A stretch of DNA of 64,000 bases from Octopus sinensis. Taxonomy: Eukaryota. Numbering within the stretch: position 1 is the stretch's first letter; every line of letters starts with the position of its first letter. The notes under the pieces are model-generated. The model was not told where the DNA came from, did no database searches, and saw nothing but the letters and a program-made list of their open reading frames with translations. Below, one piece after another: positions 1 to 14,059 of the stretch. The stretch is from NCBI RefSeq assembly GCF_006345805.1, contig NC_043020.1, forward strand, positions 28,520,001-28,584,000, read 5' to 3'. Made by a program: the position numbers and the translations under genes.

Positions 1-96
1 TCAGCATGTTGTCTGACTGGGATATGGATGCGGCCTGCCAGTGTGCTTCGGAACCGTATCTTAAGCTTAAAGTTGACCTGAAGCCATTTGAGGAAG
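1..96 (+). CDS. TBC1D25: TBC1D25/OATL1-like Rab-GAP, internal exon (5' truncated by window edge)
   Basis: Translates SMLSDWDMDAACQCASEPYLKLKVDLKPFEE-G, resembling the TBC1D25 N-terminal region. Donor G|GTATGT after 96 (phase 1). Confidence 0.85.
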
Positions 97-299
97 GTAT
101 GTCAAAATCTCTTCTTAGCCTCTTAAACAATAACAACAACAGCAAAAAAAAAAAAAAGTTAAAGTTAACTGTCTTTTTTTTTAACTAAAGTCGATGAACA
201 ATCTTTTATGGATGTGCTTTAACCCTTTAGCTTTCAGATTATTTTTGTCAAATGTAATGCATTTTATTCACATTATTTTGATTAATCGTGCATCCTTCG

Positions 300-620
300 T
301 GTCCGATGGCATCACTTTGTCTCTAACAATTCAGTGCGACACCAGTGCAGAATCACCTTCCTCCGACAAGTCATGCCCTCCGTCGTCAACCAGGAGAATT
401 CATCTACGAAGCAATTGCCCCAGCTCCCCATCAGGGTTGGCGAAAGCAATGTGGTGGACAACGAAAGACCTGGCTGATCTGGAACCCAACCTAGGTCCCC
501 CATATCTACGGCATTCGCCGCTGGAATAAGGAGTGGTTGGAGATCATGCGGTCGTTAGCCTCAAATCGCCAGGACTGGTCGGCGTTTGTGAGAGATGCAG
601 TATTGAGGATGAATGAATGC
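300..620 (+). mobile_element. RTE-clade LINE 3' fragment in TBC1D25 intron
   Basis: Frameshifted translation ...HALRRQPGEFIYEAIAPAPHQGWRKQCGGQRKTW...IYGIRRWNKEWLEIMRSLASNRQDWSAFVRDAV resembles RTE ORF C-termini. Confidence 0.65.
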
Positions 621-2099
621 TGTCTCAAGACAAGAAGATGAAGACTCATGCTTTATCTTATATCTTTGAGATTTCAATAGTGTAATTTTTTCTATTTTTT
701 AGGATAGATGTGAGAGGCTGGATCTGGCCAGTTTGAACATAAAACGGGTGGAATATGGATGGTTCAATTGCAAAAGGATTAAAAAGAGTATATGTGGAGT
801 GTGAATGTGTTATGGCTGAATGGTAAATGAAATAAACTCTATATTTTCATTTGAAGATATTCACCACATACAATTCCAATTAAATCTGGCAATTTCTGCT
901 TTTGTTTTTGAATTTTGCGGTTGAAATAGAAGGTTCAGGCTCCCATTATATTTAACAGAATATGTTTTTGTAGTTTTGGCCCTTTGCTATTTAAATTGGC
1001 CATATGGGGCTATAATATTTTATCTGTTTTATGATCAGATTGGTCAGATCCAACCTCTCACACCAACCCTACATTGTCAGTCTCAAAATAAACTATCACA
1101 TCACCAAAATGTCAAAGGTACAAAAAAATGCATGATTAACCCTTTCGTTACTGAATTTATTTTGAGATGCTTTGTGTTTCTTTCAATTAATTTTAAATAT
1201 AACAAAGAATTTAGTAAAATGACTTATCATTAAACTGGTTTTAGGAACATAAATTGTGACTAAGGTTTGGTGGAAGATTTTAATTCAAAACTTTTGAAAA
1301 CAAGACATTTGTACTACAGAGCCAGAGGCGGTTTCAGCCGGGTTGGTATCGAAAGGGTTAAATCAATACAATGTGAATAAATAAGCAGTACATATTTGAC
1401 AGAGTAATTTAGTAATTTGAATGCTAGAGTTAACATTTTTGGGATTAGTACTTGAGTGTGTGTGTATTCTTCTAGTAGTGTATATACAGAAACTAAGTAC
1501 GTCTCATTGTTTGTGTTTCTGTGTTGGCCTTTTTTAATTTCTGTCTTCAAATTTGATTTTTGGTTGAATGGCTCTCTTCAATATAGAAGATTGCTGACAT
1601 GGGGTACATCTGATCGGAACTCACCCCAGCAGAATTCAAACTCAGATGTGAAACCTGTAGACCAGTGTTTGGTTCCAGCCCCCCTCCAATCACATGAAAC
1701 CAAAAAGGTCACAGCTTTTGTTGGCTGCCCTCAATTAATGCACCCCAGAGTTAGCTCCTTTTCTTGCCAAACGTTTCACATATTCCGCCCACTGTGCTAA
1801 CTACTATGTCTAATTCACAAGGAGAAACAACCTCTTTGACCCCCACCTACTTATTGTTCTCATTATTTTGACATTTCAAATATTATGTAAACAGCCATTT
1901 AATAATAACTGTTTCCTTCAACAATTTAAGTCCCTTTCCCTCCAGTACAGTTGAACCAGATCTGCTGATGACCTAATCTCTTGTCTTACTCACCATCAAG
2001 AAATATTGTTACATTGTTTACATTTGATGGATATTTGTTCTCATCTTGTTTGTTAGTAACAGCGTTTCGGCTGATAACCCTCCAGCCTTCATCAGGTGT

Positions 2100-2404
2100 C
2101 TTGGCGAAATTTTGAACCTAAAGTATTTTTCAATGTTATTGTTATTATTATTATCATTACTATCATTATTATTATTATTCTGGTCACTGCCTGGAATCAA
2201 GCTCGGAATCTTGGGGTTAGTAGCCCACGCTCTTAATCACTACGCAATTGGCATAGTGATTAAGAGCGCGGGCTACTAACCCCAAGATTCTGAGTTTGAT
2301 CCCAGGCAGTGACCTGAATAATAATAATAATAATAACAACAACAACAACAACAACATCGAAAAATACCTTAGGAATGAGAACCCAGGTTTGAAATTTCTC
2401 CAAT
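2100..2404. repeat. Head-to-head palindrome of a tRNA-derived SINE-like unit (centre 2246-2250)
   Basis: 2168-2245 is about 90% reverse-complementary to 2251-2330. The arm has an A-box-like TGGCATAGTGATTAAG, a B-box-like GAGTTTGATCCC and an (AAT/AAC)n tail. Confidence 0.75.
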
Positions 2405-2648
2405 GTGTGATCTTCAGATGGATAATTTTTTTGTTCTTACATCATAAATATTAATTATGATGTAAGAAAGAAAAATTGAAAAACAACTTTAATAAAAATC
2501 AGTAAAAACAAAGTCAACTATGTGACTGCGTTTGTGAAGTTTCTTCAGGTTTTGGTTTGGTGGCTAATTTTCTTTAACTGATGCCAAAGAGTAATGACCA
2601 AAAAAAAGTTAAAAGAAAAGAAAAATATATCTTTTAAAATTATTTCAG

Positions 2649-2801
2649 GTCTTGAAGATTGGGACATCATAACCCCAGGGGACATCCCTCAGCTGAAAGT
2701 GACAGCAAGCATGTTTGAGAAGAACTCCTTTCTTGGTGCCTTGACTGGTAGCATCACAAGCCACGTGGAGAAGACTTTATCGCAGGTTCAAAAAGTCATG
2801 G
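2649..2801 (+). CDS. TBC1D25: TBC1D25 exon carrying the LIR-type motif EDWDII
   Basis: Acceptor tttcAG at 2647-2648 and donor G|GTATGT after 2801, phase 1 to phase 1. Reads GLEDWDIITPGDIPQLKV...VQKVM. Confidence 0.88.
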
Positions 2802-3252
2802 GTATGTATTAGTCAGAATATACTTAGAAATGCACCAAACACTGACGAAGTTTATGAAATAATTACTTAATGAATTTTACATCCTTAAACATCTGTGTTT
2901 CCATCGTCTGTCCAGGTTTTCTGTTTCTAGCATTGGAGTAAGTATTTTTATTTAACTGGATGTAATTTTAAATGACAATACTTTATTCTAACAAGGACAA
3001 ACGGATTAAGTCGATTATATCGACCCCAGTGCATAACTGGTACTTTAACAGTGTACTTTATCATTGTGTCTAGTTTCTTGGTAAGCAGTCCAAAGTTTTA
3101 CTCAGAGATGCACTACAAGATTTTTGGTAAGCTATGACCTCTGCATAAATGCTAGCTCAATGTTTGACAATTTCTAACCAAATAATATAAAGTATTGTCT
3201 GTGTGTTACTTAAGGAAATCTTTGACGTTCTCTCTTTTCTATTTTCCCTCAG

Positions 3253-5633
3253 GTTTTAAATCTTACGAAGACAATGCTGTGAAAGCCTTAAAACCAGCCA
3301 TGACGGATATGGAGTTTCACAACTACTTAGACGTTGATGGACATCTCATCAGACCCCAGGAACTCCGACTGAGTATTTACCAAGGCGGTATTGAACCATC
3401 ACTGCGTAAAGTGGTCTGGCGGCATCTTCTAAATATTTTCCCTGATAACATGTCGGGGAAGGAGCGTTACGACTACTTGAAACGAAAGGAGCAGGAGTAC
3501 TACAAGGTGCGGAAGCAGTGGAAGGCACATTTAGAGACGGACACAGCTTCCGACGAAATCAAGAACATCATTTCAGTGGTCAAGAAGGATGTGTTAAGAA
3601 CAGACCGGACTTATAAGTTTTATGCTGGGTCAGACGATAGCAACAATATTCTGTCATTAATTCACATCTTAGTAACCTATGCAGTCACACATCCTGATAT
3701 CTCCTACTGTCAAGGCATGAGTGATCTAGCCTCACCTTTACTAGTCGTTCAGAAAGACGAGTCTCACGCCTATCTCTGCTTTTGTGGCTTGATGAAACAT
3801 ATGAAGATCAACTTTCATCCAAGCGGTCAAGCAATGAAGATCAAGCTACAGCATTTGTCACTGCTTCTCCAACTCTACGATCCTGTATTCTACACTTACC
3901 TCTGTGAAAGCAGCCCGAATCACCTTTTCTGCTTCCGATGGCTTCTTCTGGAACTGAAGCGTGAATTTCCTTTGGACGATGCTCTTTATATGCTGGAGGT
4001 GATGTGGAGTACGCTGCCTCCAGACCCGCCTGCTGTTGAACTCGAACTGACCGACCCGCATTATTCCCCCAGTTTAATTTCCTCTTCACCTTCATCCCCA
4101 ACACTAAATTTCCCCCAGAGCATGTACGCCAATTTCCTTGCACTTCGCCTAAAAGACGCTGCCAAAGCGCGAAACGTAGCTCATTCGAATAGTTACGATT
4201 CCGACAAGACGACCGATGCGGAGTCAAACGTGAGACTGAACGGAGTGAAGAAATCTTCTAATTGCATTAACATCCAAATTAATCAGCACGATGTCTCACC
4301 TATGGAAGAAAGTTACTCCGGTGGAGATTTCCCAGCCATGGAGGATGCTACAGCCAAGATGATGCAGGCTCGTTCTTCAAGCATCGATAAGTCGTTGTGC
4401 AGTTCCCCTCCCCCTCAGTTGCTCAGTGGTAGTGATGAGGATGTGTTTGCATTTGAAAGTTCTTCTTCCTCATCAGGTAAAAGCAAGTTAAGTGTCGGAA
4501 GCATCAATTCGTGTCCCAAAACCGATTCGGAAGAGACGAGAGACAACGGTTCTTACGAAGACACTCAGTTTCATTTATCTCTTGAGAATGTAGAGAAATT
4601 TCAAACCACGGAACCATCCAGTTCATTTCATTCCCCAGACTCTGAAGTTCCAAAGACCAAAACAAAAGTAAAGCACAAACCGGCTCAGCTGTCTCTGACC
4701 GTGTCGTCCAAACCGATGGTCACTCTGACTTCTCCAAACTGTGATAAAAGTCACACTGACGATGCTGACTATGTTGACGCCACTGATAGTGAGAACGTGA
4801 CCCCGACATCCTACGGCCAACAATGCCCACAGTTTAGGTCAGCTGTTAAGACCCCGTCTCCAGGCAACCTGCCTCCCCTCCCCCTATCACTTCCACTAAC
4901 ACTCCCACCACCCCCACTGCCGCTACCATCACAAATGAAAAAAGTGCACACTAACGACTCCAGTCTATCTACTTCTTCTTCGTCTGTGGCGTCGTCTCAG
5001 ATGGTTACCCCAAGCGAGTCCCCCGCCAGTGGTGACCCCTCCCATCTTCCTACGGTCCCTTGTTCCTTGCAATCATCGCAACATCCGGACATACCTCCAC
5101 TTCCGTTGCCGCCTTCCAATATTTCAACATCATCATCTTCACTGTCATCTCCCCCTTACCCTCCCCCGGCAGACTCTGCCTCGACCCATTCCTCCTTTGA
5201 TGCCAGCTCCCCAACCCAGCTCACTGTAAATGGTTCCACTGGTGTGACCACCACCACCATGTCTAATCCTGCTTCTTCGCCAACCAACATCACCAACACC
5301 AATACCATCACTACTGCTAATACTTCTACTACTCCTGTAAATGATAATGCTACTCTGGACCGGTCGCAGAAACTGCCTCCACCACAGGACTTTGGCGCCG
5401 GCAACCCATTCCTCATGTTCCTTTGCCTCACTATCCTCCTCCAACACCGAGATTTAATTATTAACAAGAAACTGGAATGTGAAGAGATAGATATGTATTT
5501 CCAGAGATTAACTCGCAAACAAAATGTTCACAAAGTCCTTCACCAAGCCAGGACTCTCTACACGGAGTACCTTCGCAATCAGCAGAAACTCGATGAAGAA
5601 TTCAAATCCATTGAAGACAGTTTAAGTATCTGA
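3253..5633 (+). CDS. TBC1D25: TBC1D25 terminal coding exon: TBC domain, long S/P/T-rich insert, conserved C-terminal helical motif
   Basis: Acceptor ccctcAG at 3251-3252. Contains LRLSIYQGGIEPSLRKVVWRHLL, R-finger KDVLRTDR, Q-finger YCQGMSDLA, LFCFRWLLLELKREF and C-terminal PPPQDFGAGNPFLMFLCLTILLQHRD. Stop TGA at 5631-5633. Confidence 0.92.
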
Positions 5634-7852
5634 GACCCATTCTTAATGATTTCATTTGTCGGTAAGCGAAAGGAAATGCAAACAAACCAGAAAAGCTAAG
5701 GAACTGTGATCACGTTTTGTCGGTGTGTTCACCATATGATGTTGTGTATGATTGCGCCATTTCACAGTGTACCATTATGGTCGAACCATTTGGGACCCAT
5801 CTCTACAGACCCACAACTTCCCCTTATTTAATATTTCACCCTAAAATAAACCTTGTAAAATTTTGTATATTTACGAAAGTGCACATAGAAAAAAAAAAAA
5901 TTGCACATGCATACACACACACACACATACATACATATATGCACTCACCAACACATATATAGACATTGCAATCTGTGACCTTTACTATTCTGTCAACTTG
6001 TATACAACTATTTTTTGTTGTATGTGTGTTGGTGTACAACACAAGCTTGACAAAGTGCAACGGTGTGCAATGCAACACCAGCATATTAATAATGCTTTAA
6101 TGAATTAATTATTTAAAAAAAAAAAACATTCTCGTTAATGTTTTTCAACCATTGTCCTGCAGATTTATCTCATTGCAGAAGTTTGTTCCAAAAAGTTAAA
6201 TTCATTATATGTAAATAAATTTTAAAATATTGAAATTTTTTTCTTTCTGTTTGAAGAAAAATAATGTTGCATGGTTGGAGACATTTGCTCTTGATATGGT
6301 GTAAAGGTTATCAACTATTTCTAATTATTTATTTATAATTATTTATTGTTAACGATATGAAGGGTGATAAACAAACTTAAATAGATCATGATATGATAAC
6401 ACATTTCTATTAATTCTTTTAAGTGCTTTAGAAGCTGGACACACACACACATTTATTTCATCATCATGTAACACCCACTTTTCCACGCTTGCAAGGGTCT
6501 GACAGAATTTGTCAAGGCAAATTTTCTATGGCCGGATGCCTTTCCTGTCACCAACTCTCACCTGTTTCCTAGCAAAGGTAATATTTCCCCAAAGCCAGAG
6601 ATATTTATCATGGAAGACTGAGAATGAACAACCTAGATGTCACGTCATGTCTAGACAAGAGTACATCCCACCCACACACACAATGGGCTTCTTTCAGTTT
6701 CCGTCTACCAAATCCACTCAAGGCTTTGGTCGGCCCGAGGCTATAGAAGACACTTGCCCAAGGTGCCACGCAGTGGGACTGAACCCAGAACCATGTGGTT
6801 GGCAGACAAGCTACTTACCACACAGCCCCTCCTCTGCCTATGTACATCAGAAGAAGCTGCACATAACCATCAGTCATTTCTCCTGTTAGACTTTTGGTCT
6901 CGATAAATCTTTCTCATCCAAGAACAACCAAAGCATATCATATTCGTGAGGGTCCTTTGGCATTTGTTAAGTAACCACTTGGCACAGATCAAATGGCTTT
7001 CCTATGCCTTTGCAGATATGAGCCGGCCTATCCTCACCACATACGACTTATATATGAACTATCAAATATCCTCATACACATTGGTGTTCTGTGGTAATGG
7101 CTATCATTGATTTCCTGAGATCATTGATATTATGAATCTGTTGGATGAGTTGCGATCTCCTTATTGTGTCAAAGTGTTTTTGATTCCATCCAAACTTTAT
7201 ATACAAAATATCTTGGAACATTTAGAATTTAGTTTCTAAATCGCTGTGTTCTGCATGTATGGCAACAACGACAGCATATCTTTTCATTTGTTCTGTCAGC
7301 ATTTTATCTGCCAGCACAACAGGCTGTTCTTGTCACAAACCAACCAGATTGCTGTTTACAAGTTCCACTCGTCACAAATCGATCTGATTGTTGCCAACAG
7401 ATTCCACTCACCACTCAGCCAATCAAACTGCTGTTTACTGACTTTGCTTGTCATGAGCTGAGATTCTATTTACAGGCTCCACACATCACAAACCAACCAG
7501 GTTGTTGGATGCAGTAGTTTTCTTTCAGTTTGGACAAATCCCAAGGGTCAGTTATCCTTCTCTACTCTTTCTTTACATGAACCCTTCGGAGACGGGGCCT
7601 CATTTGTAGTTTCAGTGCCAAGAAGATAGAGCCCTTTTCACAAGCCCTACATAGGAATGCACTTATTTTTCAATATAAAAAAATAAAGTACTTTACATAT
7701 ATAAAGCTATATATATTGTTGTAGGAAATTGAATGAACTAATTTAATCTTCTTTGTCATTCGACTTTTCGGTCGCTAGATCAGCCCCGTTGTCTCCTAAG
7801 GGTCAATGATCTTATATATAACATCACTAAACCACACAACACTTCTCCAAAC

Positions 7853-8317
7853 AAGACCAGCTTCACTTGAGAAGGGGAGATAATCGCATCTCACCATTCA
7901 AGAACTCTCCACAGTTTACATGGCAACCAGCCATTGTGATGCACAGAACATATTTCCCTTGCGTCCATGCATTATATATGATGCACATTCCCCAGGAGTA
8001 ACTCGAGGCTTATGAAAGGAAAGCTCTCATATTACTCAGAACAAATGGTTAACCAAGAGTCTGAAACGAAGCACGACAGAGCAAGCTTATGAAAACTCAT
8101 TGGAGAGGCAAAGGGCAAGATTATTGACTGGAAATATAAAGACAGCCATGGAGACGTGTTTCTCGCTCAATAGCTGGTGTCATTATGACAACTGTCCAAC
8201 CTTATCTCCAGTAACTTATACAGAAAGAGAGAAGAACACATTTACGGCCAAAATAAAATTTAAACAAAAATTCTAGAATCTTGAGATTATCTCCCCTTCT
8301 CAGGTGAAACTAGTCTT
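7853..8317. mobile_element. MITE-like element with ~32-bp terminal inverted repeats
   Basis: aagaccagcttcacttgagaaggggagataatc (7853-7885) versus gattatctccccttctcaggtgaaactagtctt (8285-8317). Confidence 0.55.
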
Positions 8318-8599
8318 AATCGTCATTTGGTAATTATGACATCCTCTCTAGGCAGAGAGAACCTTAGTACATCAAGAATTTATATTGTATGGTATTTGAC
8401 AGACCTGTATTAGTCTCTGTTGTTCACACACATGCTACTGACTACTGGGTAATTTTCTCTTAGCTCTCTTTTCTTAGGAAAATAGAAAGACAGGATGGCT
8501 GATGAAAAGGGGTCAATATCTAGGGAGATAAACAAACAATAATAGTAACAGACAGCTGACATGGTGAACACAACCCTATACAAATGTAAAAGCAAGCAA

Positions 8600-8850
8600 C
8601 ACATATCACAGGCAATCCATCAGTTATGACGAAGGTTCCAGTTGATCCGGAAAAACCTACTCGTGAAATTAATGTGTAAGTGACCGACCAATCCACAGAC
8701 ACGTGTACCCTTAACGTAGTTATCAGGGAGATTGTGTGACACAGCTGAGTGGAGTGGAGCCACGTGTGCTCAACGACACAACGCATTGCCAGGAAATGAA
8801 CTCACAACCCTGCGATCATGATCCGGATATCCTAACCACTTGGCCTCCAA
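8600..8850 (-). mobile_element. tRNA-derived SINE copy
   Basis: Reverse complement begins ggccaagtggttaggatatccggatcatgatcgcagggttgtgagttcatttcctggc, a tRNA-like head with A- and B-box-like motifs. Confidence 0.55.
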
Positions 8851-11800
8851 CCTTCACGAACATAACGCATGATATCAACGAAGCAAGGTTGTTGTGAAAG
8901 GAGCATGTCTGCTCCTCCATCTCCACACACAAACCACTGGACAGGCAAAGGCAGGATGTAGAGTGTGTAATGTTTGTAAATGGATGTAGAAAAATAAGAA
9001 GGAATAAAACACTTACAGAAGTCAGTGAACACAGCAGAGGTTCCTACATTGGAAATAAAGGGTTGGTCTTTAATTCTTTAGTATTTAAACCAATCGGATC
9101 GGACTCAAATATATTCTACCTGTTAATTCTCAAAATGGCCAGATTTCGCCCCTTAAACCTATTCTACAAAGTCATTCTAAGAATTAACAATCACATCGCT
9201 ATGAGACAATGGCCTGACTGTTGGTTACGGTAAGAGAGGTCAATTTTGCCTTTCTGTATACTGACCTTTTCCACTACCCCCCCCCCCACACTTAGATCAG
9301 GCTATTTTCATAATTTATAGATGCAGCAGATGTCACTGCACAGTTAAGAAACTTGCTTCCAAACCCCATGGTCCTGTGTTCAGTCCCACAGCGTGACACC
9401 TTGAGCCATTGACTTCTACTATAGCCCATAGCAGACCAAGGCTTTGTGAATGGATTTAGTTCACAAGACCTGAAAGACCATTGAGGATATATATATATAT
9501 ATATACATACAGACACAAAATAGTTCAGAGGTGATCTAAATAATTAGGTATGCCAGGTAAGTGCTGTAACAGATTACTAGGGATCCATGGTTGTAGCCGA
9601 GACGGTAGTTATGGAGCCATTGCAGATTTCTAATACGGTGGATATATAATTGTTAAAGAGGACATCCTTTGGAAATGGATGAGATAGTTTATATGACAGA
9701 GACACTTATTTTACAAATATCACATAAAGTCAAGACAAATACACACACATGTGATAGGCTTCTTTCAATTTCTATCTATCACATAATATATAGATTTTTA
9801 TAAAAGGAGATTTTCAGATGCGGAGAGAAAGTGGCTGAATTCCTTTCGAGTGTTGGGCCTCACAGAGGCAACGACTGAGACCTTTGGCATTGTGTCATGC
9901 TTAAGAAGACCCATCAAGCTGAGCAAAATTGCAATCGTGGCAGGTACTGGTGTCGGGCAAATTGGCATCCATGTCAGTGGCATGTAAAAGCATCCATTAC
10001 ACTTTCAGAGTGTTTAGCATTAGGAAGGGCAGCATCCAGCCATAGAAAACCCATGCCAAATCAGACTGGAGCCTGGTGCAGCTCTCCAGCCCTGGTCAAA
10101 CCATCTAACCCATGCCAACATGGACAACAAACGGTAAATGATGATGATGATGTCATCCACTCACAAGGCTTTGGTCATCCTGGGGCTATAGTAGAAGACA
10201 CTCGCCCAAGGTGTCACGCAGTGAGACTGAACCCAGAACCATGTGGTTGGGAAGCAAGCTTCTTACCACACAGCCACACCCAAGAATATAGAGAATGTTT
10301 ATGAAAACATGAAATAATTCAAGGAAGAGGAGAGGTTTTATAAAAGGATATTCTTGTTTGGTGAAATTAAGTGGGGACACAGGCTCTGGAGGTCCACATA
10401 TACTGTACATAAAAATGCTGCAATAACCTGAGGAAATAGAAAATGTGTATAAAAACAAGAAATGAACAATTTACAGTGATGATATCGAATACAATAGTGT
10501 GTGATATCTTTTTTATTATAACTATAAAACGAACCATATAAACAGGGTTCATAAAACTAATATATTCAGAGTTTATATAAAATAAGTTGATAATTTTTTT
10601 TTTTTAATTTTAACAGGACATCATGAGAGAATAGATATCAGTTGTAAATATATATATGTATGTGTGTGTGTGTATGTGTGTATATGTGCATGCATGGATG
10701 GATGCACACATGTGCACACATAGACACTAACTGACAAGCTGGGAACTAAATATTGTTCTGAGAGAAGATATGCAATGATAGGGAAAAAGTTCAGTTCAAA
10801 ATGAATGTTTGTAGAGCTGGGGAGTGACAGGGATGGGGGGAAAGGGGGGAAGAAAAGAAAACAAACAAAAAAATTAGGGAACAGCAGAGAGCACGAATTG
10901 GCAACATTGGAGAATCCCCATTTTACTTTATACATGACTAATTATCAGATAAGACAATCCACACACCACGATGTTTGCAGTGCAATCACAAGGAAGTTCC
11001 ACGACCACCACTCCCCACCTTTTTAATTATTTGGGGGAGTGGGGGAGGGGGTTAATGAATATTCCACTTTGCTCAGATGTCGTAATCTATCTTCAGGCAT
11101 CACTTACTTGTATGCGCCAGAAACATGCACAGCAAGCGCACATCTGAGATCATCTTGGCTGCTGAGAGAACCAAAGATGCAAGCGACAACAGGTGGTGGT
11201 TGCCTTAACGAGGCTCCTTAGGTCAAAACCCTTTCAGCCTTCGTGTTTTGTTGATGCCAGGGGGGTGAGATGACTAGCAAATTTAACCTAAATTCTAAGG
11301 CACCAAATCTGATATCGGAAAGTATTCAACCCAGTATTATTATTATTATTATCCATCTATCATCATTCACTCTCTCATCCACACACACATGCATGATCCA
11401 ATGACAGAGCCTCTTGTGTTGCTCAACCTGCAAGAAATAACTCATAAATCTCCCTCAGATCACAAACTTAGAAAGAACACACCGAATAATGTAGTCGCAG
11501 ATACACTACGCTTGGAAATTAAAAAAATGGAAACTAAAGACAAGATGGTCACAGCTTTAATCATAGGTCTACTCGATCAGGACTGACCTAGGGCTAAACA
11601 ATACATATGTAGCTACTGTCTAAGGGATAGACATCAAAACAAGGTAGAGATGAAAGAAGGACAAGTAACATAATGAATGGAGAGATATTCTGGGATGAAC
11701 GATTGTCTTACATACACAGAATTCTATTGTGTGTAGAAGACCAGGCATTCTATGTAGATAAGACAGGAATTACCAAGGAATAGGGAGAGAAAATATAAAA

Positions 11801-12044
11801 AAATAAAAGAAATAGTTTTAATATCACAATTTTTTTTTTTTCTTTTTTGCATCCTTTTATGATTGAAATCGGAATCTTAGGAGAATAAATATTAATCTGA
11901 CAAATGTGGTGTGTATGTGTGTGTGTGTATGAGAACTTTATACAAGAGTTGTTTGTTTTATTCTGCTGATCCAGATCAAAGCAAGAGATGCCAGGGAGAT
12001 TAGATTCCCATGGTTGTTGGTACAGACATTGAGGACTAAAAAAA

Positions 12045-12090
<46 letters not shown>

Positions 12091-13765
12091 GCATTTCTAT
12101 TAAAAAATATTTTTTACATAGGCATAAAACATCCAGGTGAAGGATAACTGGATTTTGTGACATTCATGCCTTTCCGAAAGGCATTAAACAAAGTGAGGTC
12201 GTTCCAGTCAGGAATTGGAACTGGATCATGGACTCAGTTTTGCAGAGAATGGTTCGCCACACTATGGCACTCACAATGATTAAATAAAAAATATAAATTA
12301 AAAATAAATATGATTTTTATTTTTGGTTTTTTTCTTTAAATATTACATCCAAAGATACTCCACGGAAACTTCCAAAGTTTCCGTGGCACCATTGTTTCTA
12401 GAGAGAAAGACACTTTATATGATTGTCAAAATACCGTCTGCTATGTCCAAAACTTTTAGTCACTTTGGTTGAGTCGACAAATGGCAGACGAAGTAAACGT
12501 AAGAACCGTGTAGCTTTGTGTGACTATTCGGAGGGGTGGGTGGGAGAGATAGAGAGAGAGGAACCCCCCACTGTTGATGAGGTGGGGGAATAAAGACAAC
12601 AGATATCAGTTAGGCATCAATGTAAGGGACGAGGGGGGAGGGAGGAATGGGTGGAATATTTGGTTTCAATGTCTTGTGTTATTCACTGAAAATTAACACA
12701 AAGGAAAAAAACGAGACAACAACATCGAATGTTAGCAGTCTCGATATATACTCTATGGATTGTAACAGGTCATCTTGTTACAGTGTAACATCATTATATG
12801 CTGTCACACTACATCTATATTCTGAATGTAACTACAACTTTAATATAGCATTCTTAAATTTCAACCATTATGGGTCTAGCAAATCTAGATCACTTTTACT
12901 CCCTTAAAATCTCTGTTACACTTAACTAAGAATATTCTAGTATATATCTATATATATAATCTAATATAAAGTCTCTTCAAAGCTGTATCATTACTTTACG
13001 TCTATATAAAGGTTAATCTGTGCAACTATGAATCACTACTCACTCAACAATGATATTTTCAAAACTGAAAATTGATAATTTAAGGATTTTGTATGGAATG
13101 GAATTCAACGTAATTTTTCTTATGAATGGTTAGTTTCAAATTACTAACCACTCAATTTAGTTTCCCACACACACAAACTACTAGTTCGCCTTCTTAAAAG
13201 TACTACTTTGCCACAGAAAGTAGCAAATTCATTATCTAAGTAATAAGTGAAACAGCAACTTGCATATAAAAAGAAACTTTCTGCAACGTATGTTTTGATT
13301 TCCCTCACGTTTTCTTATGAGGAAGAATATTTTCAGTACCACAGACACTCTAGTGAAATACCACCCCAAAGGAAATATAAGAAAGTGGTTCTTGTAACTT
13401 ACCCTTTCTGAGCAACAAAAAATATATTCGAGAATACCTAGAATCATCTACAAAGGAATAACGAAGAAATGTATGGAGATATTTATAAGGAAACGAATGC
13501 AACACCTTGAAGACATATTTTACTATCAGGTGAAAGCTCAGGTATTCTCTGGAGATGATCACTCATTGCTAATGTCAAATCATATACATATATATATATA
13601 CATACATATAATCATCATCGTTTAACGTCCGCTTTCCATGCTAGCATGGGTTGGACATATGACTGAGGGCTGGCGAACCAGATGGCTGCACCTGGCTTCA
13701 ATCTTGATCTGGCAGAGTTTCTACAGCTGGATGCCCTTCCTAACGCCAACCACTCTGAGAGTGTA

Positions 13766-13769
<4 letters not shown>

Positions 13770-13809
<40 letters not shown>

Positions 13810-14026
13810 GTATGTATATATACACATATATATATATATATATGTATATATACACATATATATATATACATACATATATATATATGTATACATACATACA
13901 TATATATATATACATACATATATATATATATATACATACATACATATATATATATACATACATACATATAATATATACATACATACATACATATATACAT
14001 ACATACATATATACATACATATATAT

Positions 14027-14058
<32 letters not shown>
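13770..14058. repeat. (TA)n/(TACA)n microsatellite
   Basis: Almost pure TA/TACA repeat; source of the spurious I/Y-rich ORFs. Confidence 0.95.

Positions 14059-14059
<1 letters not shown>

Noticed and set aside
3195-3252. ORF-track start of the 812-aa protein
   Set aside because: Intronic. The polypyrimidine tract and AG at 3251-3252 define the real exon start.
3841-5518. Minus-strand and alternate-frame ORFs within the TBC1D25 exon
   Set aside because: Shadow ORFs of low-complexity coding sequence.
12166-12184. Hairpin ATGCCTTT-CCG-AAAGGCAT
   Set aside because: A single 8-bp stem is expected by chance in 64 kb, and it does not match the histone stem-loop consensus.
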